The notes under the pieces are model-generated. The model saw only the letters and a list, made by a program, of their open reading frames with translations. It was not told the DNA's origin and did no database searches. From Macrostomum hystrix (taxonomy: Eukaryota > Animalia > Platyhelminthes): DNA of 64,000 nucleotides. A program made the translations under genes and the position numbers. Shown here piece by piece: positions 45,241-56,844 of this stretch (its first letter is position 1; each line of letters opens with the position of its first letter). Location of the stretch: positions 1,488,001-1,552,000 of the forward strand of contig CATNEN010000041.1 of NCBI GenBank assembly GCA_950097015.1. The letters are read 5' to 3'.

Positions 45241-48200
45241 TCATTTACGGAGAAACCGATGCCTCAGAAGCTGCCTCGCGTCCGCTCGCTTCTTCGTCTC
45301 CGTCGCGACGCATCGACTGTAGAAGTCGCTCAGACTGTCGGAGAAGTCCGTGGGCAGACGGGGCATGCCGCGGTCTCGAATCTGTTCAGCGAGCTCTCGA
45401 GTGCTCAACTCGAAATTCGGAGGCTTCAAGGACAGCATCTCGAACACGGTGCAGCCGAACGCCCAGACGTCGGTCTGTGGTCTGTACTCCGCGCTGATGT
45501 CATCGGCAGTCAGCAGCTCAGGAGCCAGAAAGTGAGGACAACCGCAAGAAGGTCCGACTGCAGAGCCTAATTCGTTGCACTCTACCGCATGTGAGAAGTT
45601 AATCAGCTTGATGTCGCCCAGATGAGTGAGCAGGAGGCTGGAGCACCGGATGCTCCTGTGCAGAATGGCTGGCTTCTGGCAGTGCAGATATTCCATGGCT
45701 GAACAGATCTGAAATATTCGATTCAAGGCCCTCCTACTGACACTCGAAAGCGACTTCATGGTGAGATGTCTCCTTAATCTCTCCAACGCACCGCTTCCTA
45801 TGTGCTGATTCGCTAAACGCAGGCTACCAATAACAGCCTAACACGTACCACGCTATATATACAACAAGCGAAAGTGCGAAGCAGTCAACCGTTTCCCACT
45901 ACCTTAACTTCTTCCAACTCCTAGCCTCGCTAACAAACCAATCTAAAGTTTTAACAGTCAACAAGACTACAGACTCAATTATTAGACAACAGGCCTTAGC
46001 CTTGAACTGCTGAATATTCGACGAATCTGATAAGTACCACGATCCTGACTGCTTCTTACTTGCTCACTATCATTGTGCATTGCTTCAACAACACCAGTAA
46101 TTCGACTGTAAATATTATATAACACCTAAAAGAAGGTTTAACACCGCCGGAAACCTTGAGTCTAACTTACCGCTCATTGACCTAAACTAGGATGTACTTC
46201 ATTAGAAGCGAGAACTAGGAACCATAAACAATACAAGTATACACCATAAAGTATATCAATGGCTTCGTTTCAATGGGGGCGTGGCACTGCCTCCCCATTT
46301 CAGCAATGGGCCTCTACTTTGTGGTTGTTGCTAAGCAAGACTTTGGAGAGTGGGTGAGTTGGTTTCAAGAAACATAGATCTAATCTGGGAACGGGAACTC
46401 ACCTGAAGTGAAAACTTCATCACGGCTGCCTCGTCGAACGGCTTCTGCTGACATCGCATGAAGTCCCAGAGGGATTGGCCAGCAACGAGTTCAGTGAAGA
46501 TTCGGAGTTCGATTTCTGAGGGGCTCTCGAGCTTGAGAAACAGTAGGATGTTCGAGTGCCTGATACTGCTCAGGAGGCTGTACCCCAGCTTCGCATTCTC
46601 AATGAATTCTTTGAGTTTCTGCTGGCTCTCCATCGCTCTGTAGGTTTTGCCGTCAATCACCTTGACAGCCACAGTCTGCTGGCTGTCAGTGAATGCCTTG
46701 TAAACCTTGCTGGATCTACCTGCTGCAATGAGCTGAGCAGTCCCTCTATCTAGAAAGAAGTCCCAGCTGATGAACTCATTGTCGAGGGCGCCGGCAGTGG
46801 CGTTGTGAGCGTCCGGCTTCAGGAAGCGGTGCCGCAGCAGCTCCGCGGTGTCCGCTCGCCTCCTCGGCTCCTTCTCCACACACCGGCTGTAGAAATTCCT
46901 CAGGGGCTTGGAGACCCTGGCTGGCAGCTGGGGCATGTCTTGCCCGGTGACTTTCAGCGCAATGAGCTCCTTCCTGACCTTCCCATTGGGAGGCTGCATG
47001 GATAGCATCTCAAACACAGCGCAGCCGAGACCCCAGATGTCAGTCTTTGGAGAGTTTACCTGCCTAGATAGCGAGATGATCTGCTCGGGAGCCAAATAGC
47101 GCGCCCTGTAAATATCAGTTGAGTCAGTCTCATCCTGACTGAGGAGTGTCCTGATGGGGGCATCGATATCAGAGCCAACCAGTTTGATGACGCCCGCATA
47201 GGTGAGCATGATGCTGCGGCAGTTGATACCGTTGTGGGTGAGGCTGGGTTCGCAACTGTGCAGGAAGTCAAGCGCTGAGCAGATCTGCAATGCAGCTTAT
47301 TAGATTAATTCAGGTAATGAGCCAACAAAATTTGTGTTTCAATTAATCAAGCAGCTGAAACTCACCTGCTTGGAGAATTTCTTCACGGCGGGCTCTTCAA
47401 ACGGTCTCCGCAGGCGCTGCATCAGTTCGTGGAGACTGTGGCCTGCGATGAGCTCAGCAAAGATGCAGACCCGCTCGCGAGTGTGCTCGAATTTGAGAAA
47501 TCTTGCTATGCTCTGATGCCTGATGCTCTTCCACACCTTCAGGTCAGACTTGAATGTTTGCATCGCGTGCTGGCAGTCGGATGAGCCAGCCTCGTCCTCT
47601 GGAAGATAGATCACCTTCACGGCTGCTGTCTGGTGCCTGTCTGTGAATGCTATGTGGGTCCTGCTGAATCGACCTTCACAGATGACAGTTTTGAAGCCTG
47701 AATAGTCCAGGAGAAAATCCCAGCGGGTGAACTGACTGTCTATGACGTTGCAGTCATCAGTTCTGACGGCAGCGTCTGTGAGGAACCGGTGACCCAGCAG
47801 CTCCGTAATGTCCGCTCGCTTGTCCGATTGTCTATTCACGCAGCGTCGATAGAAGTTGCTCAGGCTGCACGAGGCACCGACTGGCAGCTGCGGCATGTGC
47901 TGCGCGGTCAACCGCAGCGCCAGCAGCTCCCTCCTGACTCTACTGTTTGGAGGCCGCATCGACAGCATCTCGAACAAGGAGCAACCGAGCGCCCAGACGT
48001 CAGTCTTGGCGGTGTGCAAAGGACGGCCTTCATTTGTAAACTGCTCAGGCGCCAGAAAAAGCCAAGCCCGCGCATCAGCCTCCTGGGGTTGCTGGGCCTG
48101 CGCCTTTTCAATAGCCGCCCTGGCAACACCGAAGCCAATCAATTTGATGACGCCCAGGCGAGTGAGCACAATGTTGGAGCAGTTGATATCCCTGTGCAGC

Positions 48201-48991
48201 ACAGCTGGGCTGCTGCTGTGAAGAAAACTGAGCGCAGTGCAAATCTGAGGAGGGAAAACAATAGAAAGAGCACGGGCTATTTCTAGATATTCAACGCTTC
48301 TCGTCGGGGTTTTAGGTGTCAAAAACCCTAATGTAAACATCCATTTTCTATTATCGGCTATTATTATTGATTAGATTGCATTGATAATATTGCTAATTGT
48401 TCTTCGGCAACAAATCGCAGATTATGTCGAGAATGTTAACTCGGACGGCTTAAAAAATGAGTTCATCGTAAATGACGGAAAATCCAACTGGTGGACTTTC
48501 ACGAGAGTCGGTCGTTCGGTCTGAAACATTCTCCGTGGTCTTTTCCCAGGGGAAAAGTAGCGAAGTATTTCTACTGTTAATTAGCAAGATTTAGATTTCT
48601 TACTTACCTGCAGTACAAATTCTTTTACTTGTGACTCCTCAAATGGCTTCTGCTGCTCATTCATCAGCTCCAGGAGGCTGTCTCCAGAGATGAGCTCAGT
48701 GAAGATATAGAACTCCAGGCCATCGGCTGAGCACTCGAACTTCAGAAACTGGATCACATTCGGGTGCCTGATCCTGCCCAGGATTTCGCATTCCGCAGTT
48801 CCCAGGCCGATCGCCTTGCGAAGGCTTCTCTGGCTCGGCGCACCGACCACTGGGACAACTTCAACTGCCACGGTCTGCTTGCGGTCGGTCCTGGCCTTGA
48901 ACATCCTGCCGAATCCGCCAGCCCAGACCCGCTGCTTCCTTCCCTTGACGATCGCGAATTTCCAAGCTCTGAAGTCGGGGTCCGCTTCCAT
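45241..48991 (-). CDS. Protein with three tandem STE11/MAP3K-like kinase domains, all predicted pseudokinases (about 870 aa)
   Basis: Exons 48991-48608, 48244-47366, 47284-46403 and 45708-45241; all introns are GT-AG, phase 0, at ..Q|IC. No internal stops. Each domain retains APE, TD(V/I)W..GC and HRFL. Possible extra upstream exons (49606-49523, about 49900-49660) joined through the acceptor at 49003-49004. Confidence 0.88.
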
Positions 48992-49234
48992 CCAGGTGGA
49001 TTCTGCATGTGTTGGGGTCAGCAGCCATCCAGGTGGATTCTGCATGTGTTGGGGTCAGCAGCCATCCAGGTGGATTCTGCATGTGTTGGGGTCAGCAGCC
49101 ATCCAGGTGGATTCTGCATGTGTTGGGGTCAGCAGCCATCCAGGTGGATTCTGCATGTGTTGGGGTCAGCAGCCATCCAGGTGGATTCTGCATGTGTTGG
49201 GGTCAGCAGCCATCCAGGTGGATTCTGCATGTGT
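48989..49234. repeat. 37-bp minisatellite, about 6.6 copies, built from the kinase acceptor/start-codon region
   Basis: CATCCAGG recurs at 48989, 49026, 49063, 49100, 49137, 49174 and 49211. Confidence 0.95.
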
Positions 49235-50353
49235 GTCTGCATTCTGCACTAGTTTGTTCATAATAGGCCCTCATAAACCCATCGTAAAATAACCGGACTC
49301 GAAGCATGAGTATAGGAGCATACGGTGGGAACCAAGGCAGATGGGTCACCTAACCAAACAATGGGTCACCCAATTGATGGGATAAAAGCTAACGATGGGA
49401 TAAAAGCTAACGATAAGCAGAATTTCGGCCAAAAGAATAAAACAAAAAGTGTAACATTCGAATTCTGCGGTACTATTTTCCAGTTATTAAGAGCCAGACT
49501 GAAAATTGTTCACTCCACTTACCAAGCCTTGCCCCCGGTATCTGAGGCTTCGATGCGAGAGAATCAGCACAATGCGCTTGCCACGATGCGGTATGAGAGG
49601 CCAGTTCTGTTATTTTGAATATATGCAGCCTATGACAAAAAAAGATTTGGACTTTAACTGTACATCTCTTTGCGGCCAGGGGACGGGTGGTCGTCAGTGT
49701 TGTCGAGCGCTCACTCGGTGAGCAGGTGGGCCGGGCCTGTTCCATTGTACTCTGACCGCAGTCTGTGCCGTGCTCTGTAACCTGTTTGTCTGCAAATGCC
49801 TTGGGCTGTTTCTGCTTCAGGGCGGCACTCAGAAAGTCTGCTTTGGAAAATAGAGACCGCTCATTGTGTCCCGGTGGCACCGCTCCGCACTTTGTTCTCA
49901 AAGCATTGCTCGCTGGTTTGTCTGGCTAAATCGAATACTACTTAATAGTAGTGAGCTTCCCTTTTTGGAAGAGTGAATTAAAAAACTTTTTTCATTCGAT
50001 TTTTGTCAGTGACCAGCTGCAAATTAAAAAAAATCTAAAACCAAAAACTGAAACCAAAACTTAGCCACAAGCGCCCATGCAAACCCAAGAATGGTGGGTT
50101 TAAACTGAAGACTGGGAAAATCGAAAATCAATTGGATGAAAAAATGGCAGTGTTTTTCCAGCTTTTATTTTCTAGCTTTACATTTTCCGCTTTCAAAGTT
50201 CTATATATTGACTTTTCTGCATCTTTTAGACATAAAACTAAAAAAACAGGACCATGTACGCCCATAAGTACAAAACACTCAGGGGGAGTGACAACTACTA
50301 TAAATAGAGCGTTTTAGCGCGAAACAGCTGCGCCTTGAGGAAGTTGTGAAGAC

Positions 50354-50624
50354 GGACAAGCTGTTAAAATAGGAGACAAGCTGTTGGAGTAGGGGACAAG
50401 CTGTTGGAGTAGGGGACAAGCTGTTGGAGTAGGGGACAAGCTGTTGGAGTAGGGGAAAAGCTGTTGGAGTGGGGGACAAGCTGTCGGAGTGGGGGACAAG
50501 CTGTCGGAGTGCGGGACAAGCTGTTAGAGTGGGGGACAAGCTGTCGGAGTGGGGGACAAGCTGTTAGAGTGGGGGACAAGCTGTCGGAGTGCGGGACAAG
50601 CTGTTAGAGTGGGGGACAAGCTGT
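50354..50624. repeat. 20-bp minisatellite (GGGGACAAGCTGTTGGAGTA)
   Basis: Tandem units. Confidence 0.93.
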
Positions 50625-51244
50625 CTCGTCAGCTAGCTTGCTCGAGCCATTCAATGCAATGGGCTGCCACGATATTTTGGACCACAGACAGTCGCCGAGC
50701 TGCCAGCCAGGTACCAGCCGCAGAAGCTGGAGCAGCAGGCAAAATGACTTGGGCACGGCAGCCAATGCTCCAAGCACTTCGAATCGTTAGCTGACACTGC
50801 AACAGAACGGTGAGATGCCAAGCCAAATCTGTATGTAGAGCAGGTTTCCAATTATAAGGGAGCCTTACCTGCCAGTGTTAAAGCGGCAGCGGCAGCAATA
50901 ATGGTGTACCAGTGCCGCAGCAGCATAATTCTATGTTATTTATTGATCACCAATTCGTGTTTTTTACAAAAAGAGACGGAAAATGAGGTCTTCATGAGTT
51001 TTACCCGGCTAGTATAAATATCATGCCGTTGCTCATGTCTTTGTCTATGGTAATTTCCTCAAGAATAGAAGCAAATCAACCCCAGCAGTTCCTTGAAAAT
51101 GATTCCACTATAAACAATTCGGGGGGGTAGACAATGTTTGTCTATGGCATTCAACAGCCAATAGAATGAAACAGGGGGAACCGGATTCTAAAATATATGA
51201 AAGCGAGAAAAATAAAATTAAACGATTCAAGGACTAAATTATAA

Positions 51245-51327
51245 ATCCCAAAGTAATGTAGCCTCGTGGCGGAATCGAGCTCAGGGACCTTCGCGCTAGA
51301 GGCAAGCATGTTAGACCACTCCTGCCC
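51245..51327 (-). mobile_element. SINE family B head fragment
   Basis: Reverse complement GGGCAGGAGTGGTCTAAC..TTGCCTCT..CCCTGAGCTCGATTCC..GAGGCTACATT resembles the head of 13519-13600. Confidence 0.5.
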
Positions 51328-51756
51328 ATATTTTCGGCGGTAGTGGAACAGGACACTGGTCATTTAATAAGTAGTCGGAATGAATAATACGAGCTACACA
51401 TAGTTAAATAAGTCTTCTGAATCATATTTAAAATCAACTGCGTTTTAAACGCTCGAATATAAGGAAGAGAAAGCCTTAAGATTTTTTAGATTTGGATTAA
51501 AAAATTGCGAAATGCGAAAATTCCTAGAATGAAAAATGTTTTCATCCATAGAATTTTAAATCACAATAGGAGTAAGCATGAATAGATTTGATGAATTTAG
51601 CTAAAACAGCCCCATCACACCGTTGAGCTATCGAGACGACTCAACCTATTTATGCTAATTAAGCGAAATTGCTCTATTGTTCTAGCAGCTCGAGTTTTAA
51701 CATTGTCACAATTCAGCAGAAAAGCGAAAAACATAATTGTACAGAAGCGCTGGAAA

Positions 51757-54700
51757 TGCACCAGTGACTCAGATCAGTCCTCCAAATGAGATGTTCCTTC
51801 CTACCTACAAGGGGTGTACTGAAAGTTTTGAGATGCACCAGTGACTCAGATCAGTCCTCCAAATGAGATGTTCCTTCCTACCTACAAGGGGTGTACTGAA
51901 AGTTTTGAGGTGCACCAGTGACTCAGATCAGTCCTCCAAATGAGATGTTCCTTCCTACCTACAAGGGGTGTACTGAAAGTTTTGAGATGCACCAGTGACT
52001 CAGATCAGTCCTCCAAATGAGATGTTCCTTCCTACCTACAAGGGGTGTACTGAAAGTTTTGAGATGCACCAGTGACTCAGATCAGTCCTCCAAATGAGAT
52101 GTTCCTTCCTACCTACAAGGGGTGTACTGAAAGTTTTGAGATGCACCAGTGACTCAGATCAGTCCTCCAAATGAGATGTTCCTTCCTACCTACAAGGGGT
52201 GTACTGAAAGTTTTGAGATGCACCAGTGACTCAGATCAGTCCTCCAAATGAGATGTTCCTTCCTACCTACAAGGGGTGTACTGAAAGTTTTGAGATGCAC
52301 CAGTGACTCAGATCAGTCCTCCAAATGAGATGTTCCTTCCTACCTACAAGGGGTGTACTGAAAGTTTTGAGGTGCACCAGTGACTCAGATCAGTCCTCCA
52401 AATGAGATGTTCCTTCCTACCTACAAGGGGTGTACTGAAAGTTTTGAGATGCACCAGTGACTCAGATCAGTCCTCCAAATGAGATGTTCCTTCCTACCTA
52501 CAAGGGGTGTACTGAAAGTTTTGAGATGCACCAGTGACTCAGATCAGTCCTCCAAATGAGATGTTCCTTCCTACCTACAAGGGGTGTACTGAAAGTTTTG
52601 AGATGCACCAGTGACTCAGATCAGTCCTCCAAATGAGATGTTCCTTCCTACCTACAAGGGGTGTACTGAAAGTTTTGAGATGCACCAGTGACTCAGATCA
52701 GTCCTCCAAATGAGATGTTCCTTCCTACCTACAAGGGGTGTACTGAAAGTTTTGAGGTGCACCAGTGACTCAGATCAGTCCTCCAAATGAGATGTTCCTT
52801 CCTACCTACAAGGGGTGTACTGAAAGTTTTGAGATGCACCAGTGACTCAGATCAGTCCTCCAAATGAGATGTTCCTTCCTACCTACAAGGGGTGTACTGA
52901 AAGTTTTGAGATGCACCAGTGACTCAGATCAGTCCTCCAAATGAGATGTTCCTTCCTACCTACAAGGGGTGTACTGAAAGTTTTGAGATGCACCAGTGAC
53001 TCAGATCAGTCCTCCAAATGAGATGTTCCTTCCTACCTACAAGGGGTGTACTGAAAGTTTTGAGATGCACCAGTGACTCAGATCAGTCCTCCAAAGGAGA
53101 TGTTCCTTCCTACCTACAAGGGGTGTACTGAAAGTTTTGAGATGCACCAGTGACTCAGATCAGTCCTCCAAATGAGATGTTCCTTCCTACCTACAAGGGG
53201 TGTACTGAAAGTTTTGAGGTGCACCAGTGACTCAGATCAGTCCTCCAAATGAGATGTTCCTTCCTACCTACAAGGGGTGTACTGAAAGTTTTGAGATGCA
53301 CCAGTGACTCAGATCAGTCCTCCAAATGAGATGTTCCTTCCTACCTACAAGGGGTGTACTGAAAGTTTTGAGATGCACCAGTGACTCAGATCAGTCCTCC
53401 AAATGAGATGTTCCTTCCTACCTACAAGGGGTGTACTGAAAGTTTTGAGATGCACCAGTGACTCAGATCAGTCCTCCAAATGAGATGTTCCTTCCTACCT
53501 ACAAGGGGTGTACTGAAAGTTTTGAGATGCACCAGTGACTCAGATCAGTCCTCCAAATGAGATGTTCCTTCCTTCCTACAAGGGGTGTACTGAAAGTTTT
53601 GAGGTGCACCAGTGACTCAGATCAGTCCTCCAAATGAGATGTTCCTTCCTTCCTACAAGGGGTGTACTGAAAGTTTTGAGGTGCACCAGTGACTCAGATC
53701 AGTCCTCCAAATGAGATGTTCCTTCCTACCTACAAGGGGTGTACTGAAAGTTTTGAGATGCACCAGTGACTCAGATCAGTCCTCCAAATGAGATGTTCCT
53801 TCCTACCTACAAGGGGTGTACTGAAAGTTTTGAGATGCACCAGTGACTCAGATCAGTCCTCCAAATGAGATGTTCCTTCCTACCTACAAGGGGTGTACTG
53901 AAAGTTTTGAGATGCACCAGTGACTCAGATCAGTCCTCCAAATGAGATGTTCCTTCCTTCCTACAAGGGGTGTACTGAAAGTTTTGAGGTGCACCAGTGA
54001 CTCAGATCAGTCCTCCAAATGAGATGTTCCTTCCTACCTACAAGGGGTGTACTGAAAGTTTTGAGATGCACCAGTGACTCAGATCAGTCCTCCAAATGAG
54101 ATGTTCCTTCCTTCCTACAAGGGGTGTACTGAAAGTTTTGAGGTGCACCAGTGACTCAGATCAGTCCTCCAAATGAGATGTTCCTTCCTACCTACAAGGG
54201 GTGTACTGAAAGTTTTGAGGTGCACCAGTGACTCAGATCAGTCCTCCAAATGAGATGTTCCTTCCTACCTACAAGGGGTGTACTGAAAGTTTTGAGATGC
54301 ACCAGTGACTCAGATCAGTCCTCCAAATGAGATGTTCCTTCCTACCTACAAGGGGTGTACTGAAAGTTTTGAGGTGCACCAGTGACTCAGATCAGTCCTC
54401 CAAATGAGATGTTCCTTCCTTCCTACAAGGGGTGTACTGAAAGTTTTGAGGTGCACCAGTGACTCAGATCAGTCCTCCAAATGAGATGTTCCTTCCTACC
54501 TACAAGGGGTGTACTGAAAGTTTTGAGGTGCACCAGTGACTCAGATCAGTCCTCCAAATGAGATGTTCCTTCCTACCTACAAGGGGTGTACTGAAAGTTT
54601 TGAGATGCACCAGTGACTCAGATCAGTCCTCCAAATGAGATGTTCCTTCCTACCTACAAGGGGTGTACTGAAAGTTTTGAGATGCACCAGTGACTCAGAT

Positions 54701-55151
54701 CAGTCCTCCAAATGAGATGTTCCTTCCTACCTACAAGGGGTGTACTGAAAGTTTTGAGGTGCACCAGTGACTCAGATCAGTCCTCCAAATGAGATGTTCC
54801 TTCCTACCTACAAGGGGTGTACTGAAAGTTTTGAGGTGCACCAGTGACTCAGATCAGTCCTCCAAATGAGATGTTCCTTCCTACCTACAAGGGGTGTACT
54901 GAAAGTTTTGAGATGCACCAGTGACTCAGATCAGTCCTCCAAATGAGATGTTCCTTCCTACCTACAAGGGGTGTACTGAAAGTTTTGAGATGCACCAGTG
55001 ACTCAGATCAGTCCTCCAAATGAGATGTTCCTTCCTTCCTACAAGGGGTGTACTGAAAGTTTTGAGATGCACCAGTGACTCAGATCAGTCCTCCAAATGA
55101 GATGTTCCTTCCTACCTACAAGGGGTGTACTGAAAGTTTTGAGGTGCACCA
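51757..55151. repeat. 77-bp satellite, exactly 44 units, each containing a mariner TIR
   Basis: TGCACCA at 51757 and 55145 (3388 = 44 x 77). Each unit contains TA+CAAGGGGTGTACTGAAAGTTTTGAG. Confidence 0.98.
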
Positions 55152-56442
55152 AAACCAAAAGTGTTTGAGGCAAATTTTCTGTCACTAGTTTTCAAAGTAG
55201 TTGCCACCAGCTTGTACGTATTTCCTCATTCGGTGAAACCACTGCGTCCAGGCTCCAGCCCACTGTTCTTCAGGCACTGCTGAAACCACCCGCTCGAACT
55301 CGATTCTTGCTGCTTCAGGGCTCGTGTAGGATGGTCGTAGGGGGCGAGTGGGGTCAGTGGCTAACGTCGCTGCCTCGCACTCCAAAGGACGCTAGTTTGA
55401 TTCACCCTTCAAGTCACGATTAATTTCGTTACTTGTTCGGGGGGTTTGGACAGTAGCGACCGGCGGAGGTGCACCATATTTCGTGCAATCAAAGCTTGAA
55501 AAATAGCTTCGCTCCTACCTTTCTGTGTGCCTGTTCTGCGTTGTATGAGTTATGTGCGTTGGCGCTGGGGCGTTAGACCTTGCGGGGGGTGGCTGGGGGG
55601 CGGGTGTACACCGCCGCGCGCTCATCTAGATTTCCGTCAGCGCGATTGGATAAAGTGTACACTCGCCACCCGGCCCCCCCCTGAGGACTGATTTCTATCA
55701 GCCTTCCGCCCCGGCTTGGTCTGCTCTGTGCGTGTGCGGGCCTGGGGTGAGAGGCACTCCGGCTGCCGCCCCCTTCCCCGCTTGGCTTGCTGCTGTGTGT
55801 GTGTGAGGTGCCTGCTCAGGGGAGGCGGCGCGATGGGCGGCTTTCGCCTAGTTCGCCGGCCTGGGGGCATGCCGTTCCTGAGTTTGTGCGTCAGGTGCCC
55901 CAGGCCCCCCTGCAAAGTAAGTAAGTAAGGATGGTCGTAACCGCTGCCGATCCAATGCCAAGAGCCTCTCTGATCTCGGCACAGGTCAGTCGCCGGTCTT
56001 CGTCGATCATCCTCCGGACGGCAGCGATGTTTTCGTCCGTGACAGCAGAAGCTGGACGTCCCGACCGAGGCTCGTCATCAAGGCTGCTCCGGCCCCACTT
56101 GCATTCGCTGTACCACCGAAAAACGGTGGCACGTGAAGGGGCTTGGTCTCCAAAGGCAGCACGGAAACTTTCAACGCATTGCTCTTGCGTGAGACCTTTA
56201 CGCTGGTCGTAAACTATCATGGCACGAAAGTCGCGGTTTGTCAACTCCATTGGAGCTGAAGAGTGACTGTGAAAAATTGACAAGAGCGCAAAGGCTGAAA
56301 ATGTATACTCAATCATTTTGGTAGAGTATGTACATTAAGGTGGTATAGTATGTACATTAAGGTGGTAGAGTATGTACATTAAAAGGCGTGCAGCTGCGAC
56401 TTATAAGTCAGACGTATCTCAAAACTTTCAGTACGCCCCTCA
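55119..56442 (-). mobile_element. Internally deleted mariner transposon interrupted by a SINE
   Basis: 25-bp TIRs (3 mismatches) flanked by TA at 55117-55118 and 56443-56444. ATG at 56250: MELTNRDFRAMI..TVFRWY..LDDEPRSGRP (HTH region). C-terminus ..WFHRMRKYVQAGGNYFEN* at 55337-55185. The DD34D core is absent. Confidence 0.9.
55340..55927 (+). mobile_element. tRNA-derived SINE, family A (588 bp), with a 12-bp TSD
   Basis: TSD AGGATGGTCGTA at 55328-55339 and 55928-55939; (GTAA)n tail; homologous to 21500-22070. Confidence 0.9.
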
Positions 56443-56844
56443 TACAAATGCTCCAGCTTGTCAGTGGGTAGGCAAACTCCGGGCCCCATTCCAACATCTA
56501 CTCTGACAACCGTTCTAATCTCACGGGTCTCATCTCTACAGTGTCTAGCCTCTCCCCGTATCGCATTTTTCTACGGAATTAAATCCTCTCATTCCAAGCA
56601 GCCCCGAGGTTGCCGACTCTAGCCGTAATCTCAGCACGAACCCTAAAATGATCGATATTGATATGTTGAAAGAGTAATGCTTTTTGTCGAGCTATGTTAT
56701 TATTGGACATTTTCAATAAGTATTTTTCAATAGTATTTTCAATACCCACTGCCTACTTCACGACTGCTCCCAAACCGAATGACCGATTTTCGTCAAAGTC
56801 CACCATGTGAATCAACATTTTCCGCCCTTTACGATCAACTAACT

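Noticed and set aside
50629-50851. Short Cys/Trp-containing ORFs upstream of the kinase gene
   Set aside because: No recognisable domain or convincing splice links; could be an untranslated or 5' exon, but unsupported.
51757-55151. CRISPR-like appearance of the long regular arrays (also 1178-1997, 22865-23880, 32821-36857)
   Set aside because: Units are head-to-tail with no unique spacers, there are no cas genes, and the context is eukaryotic.
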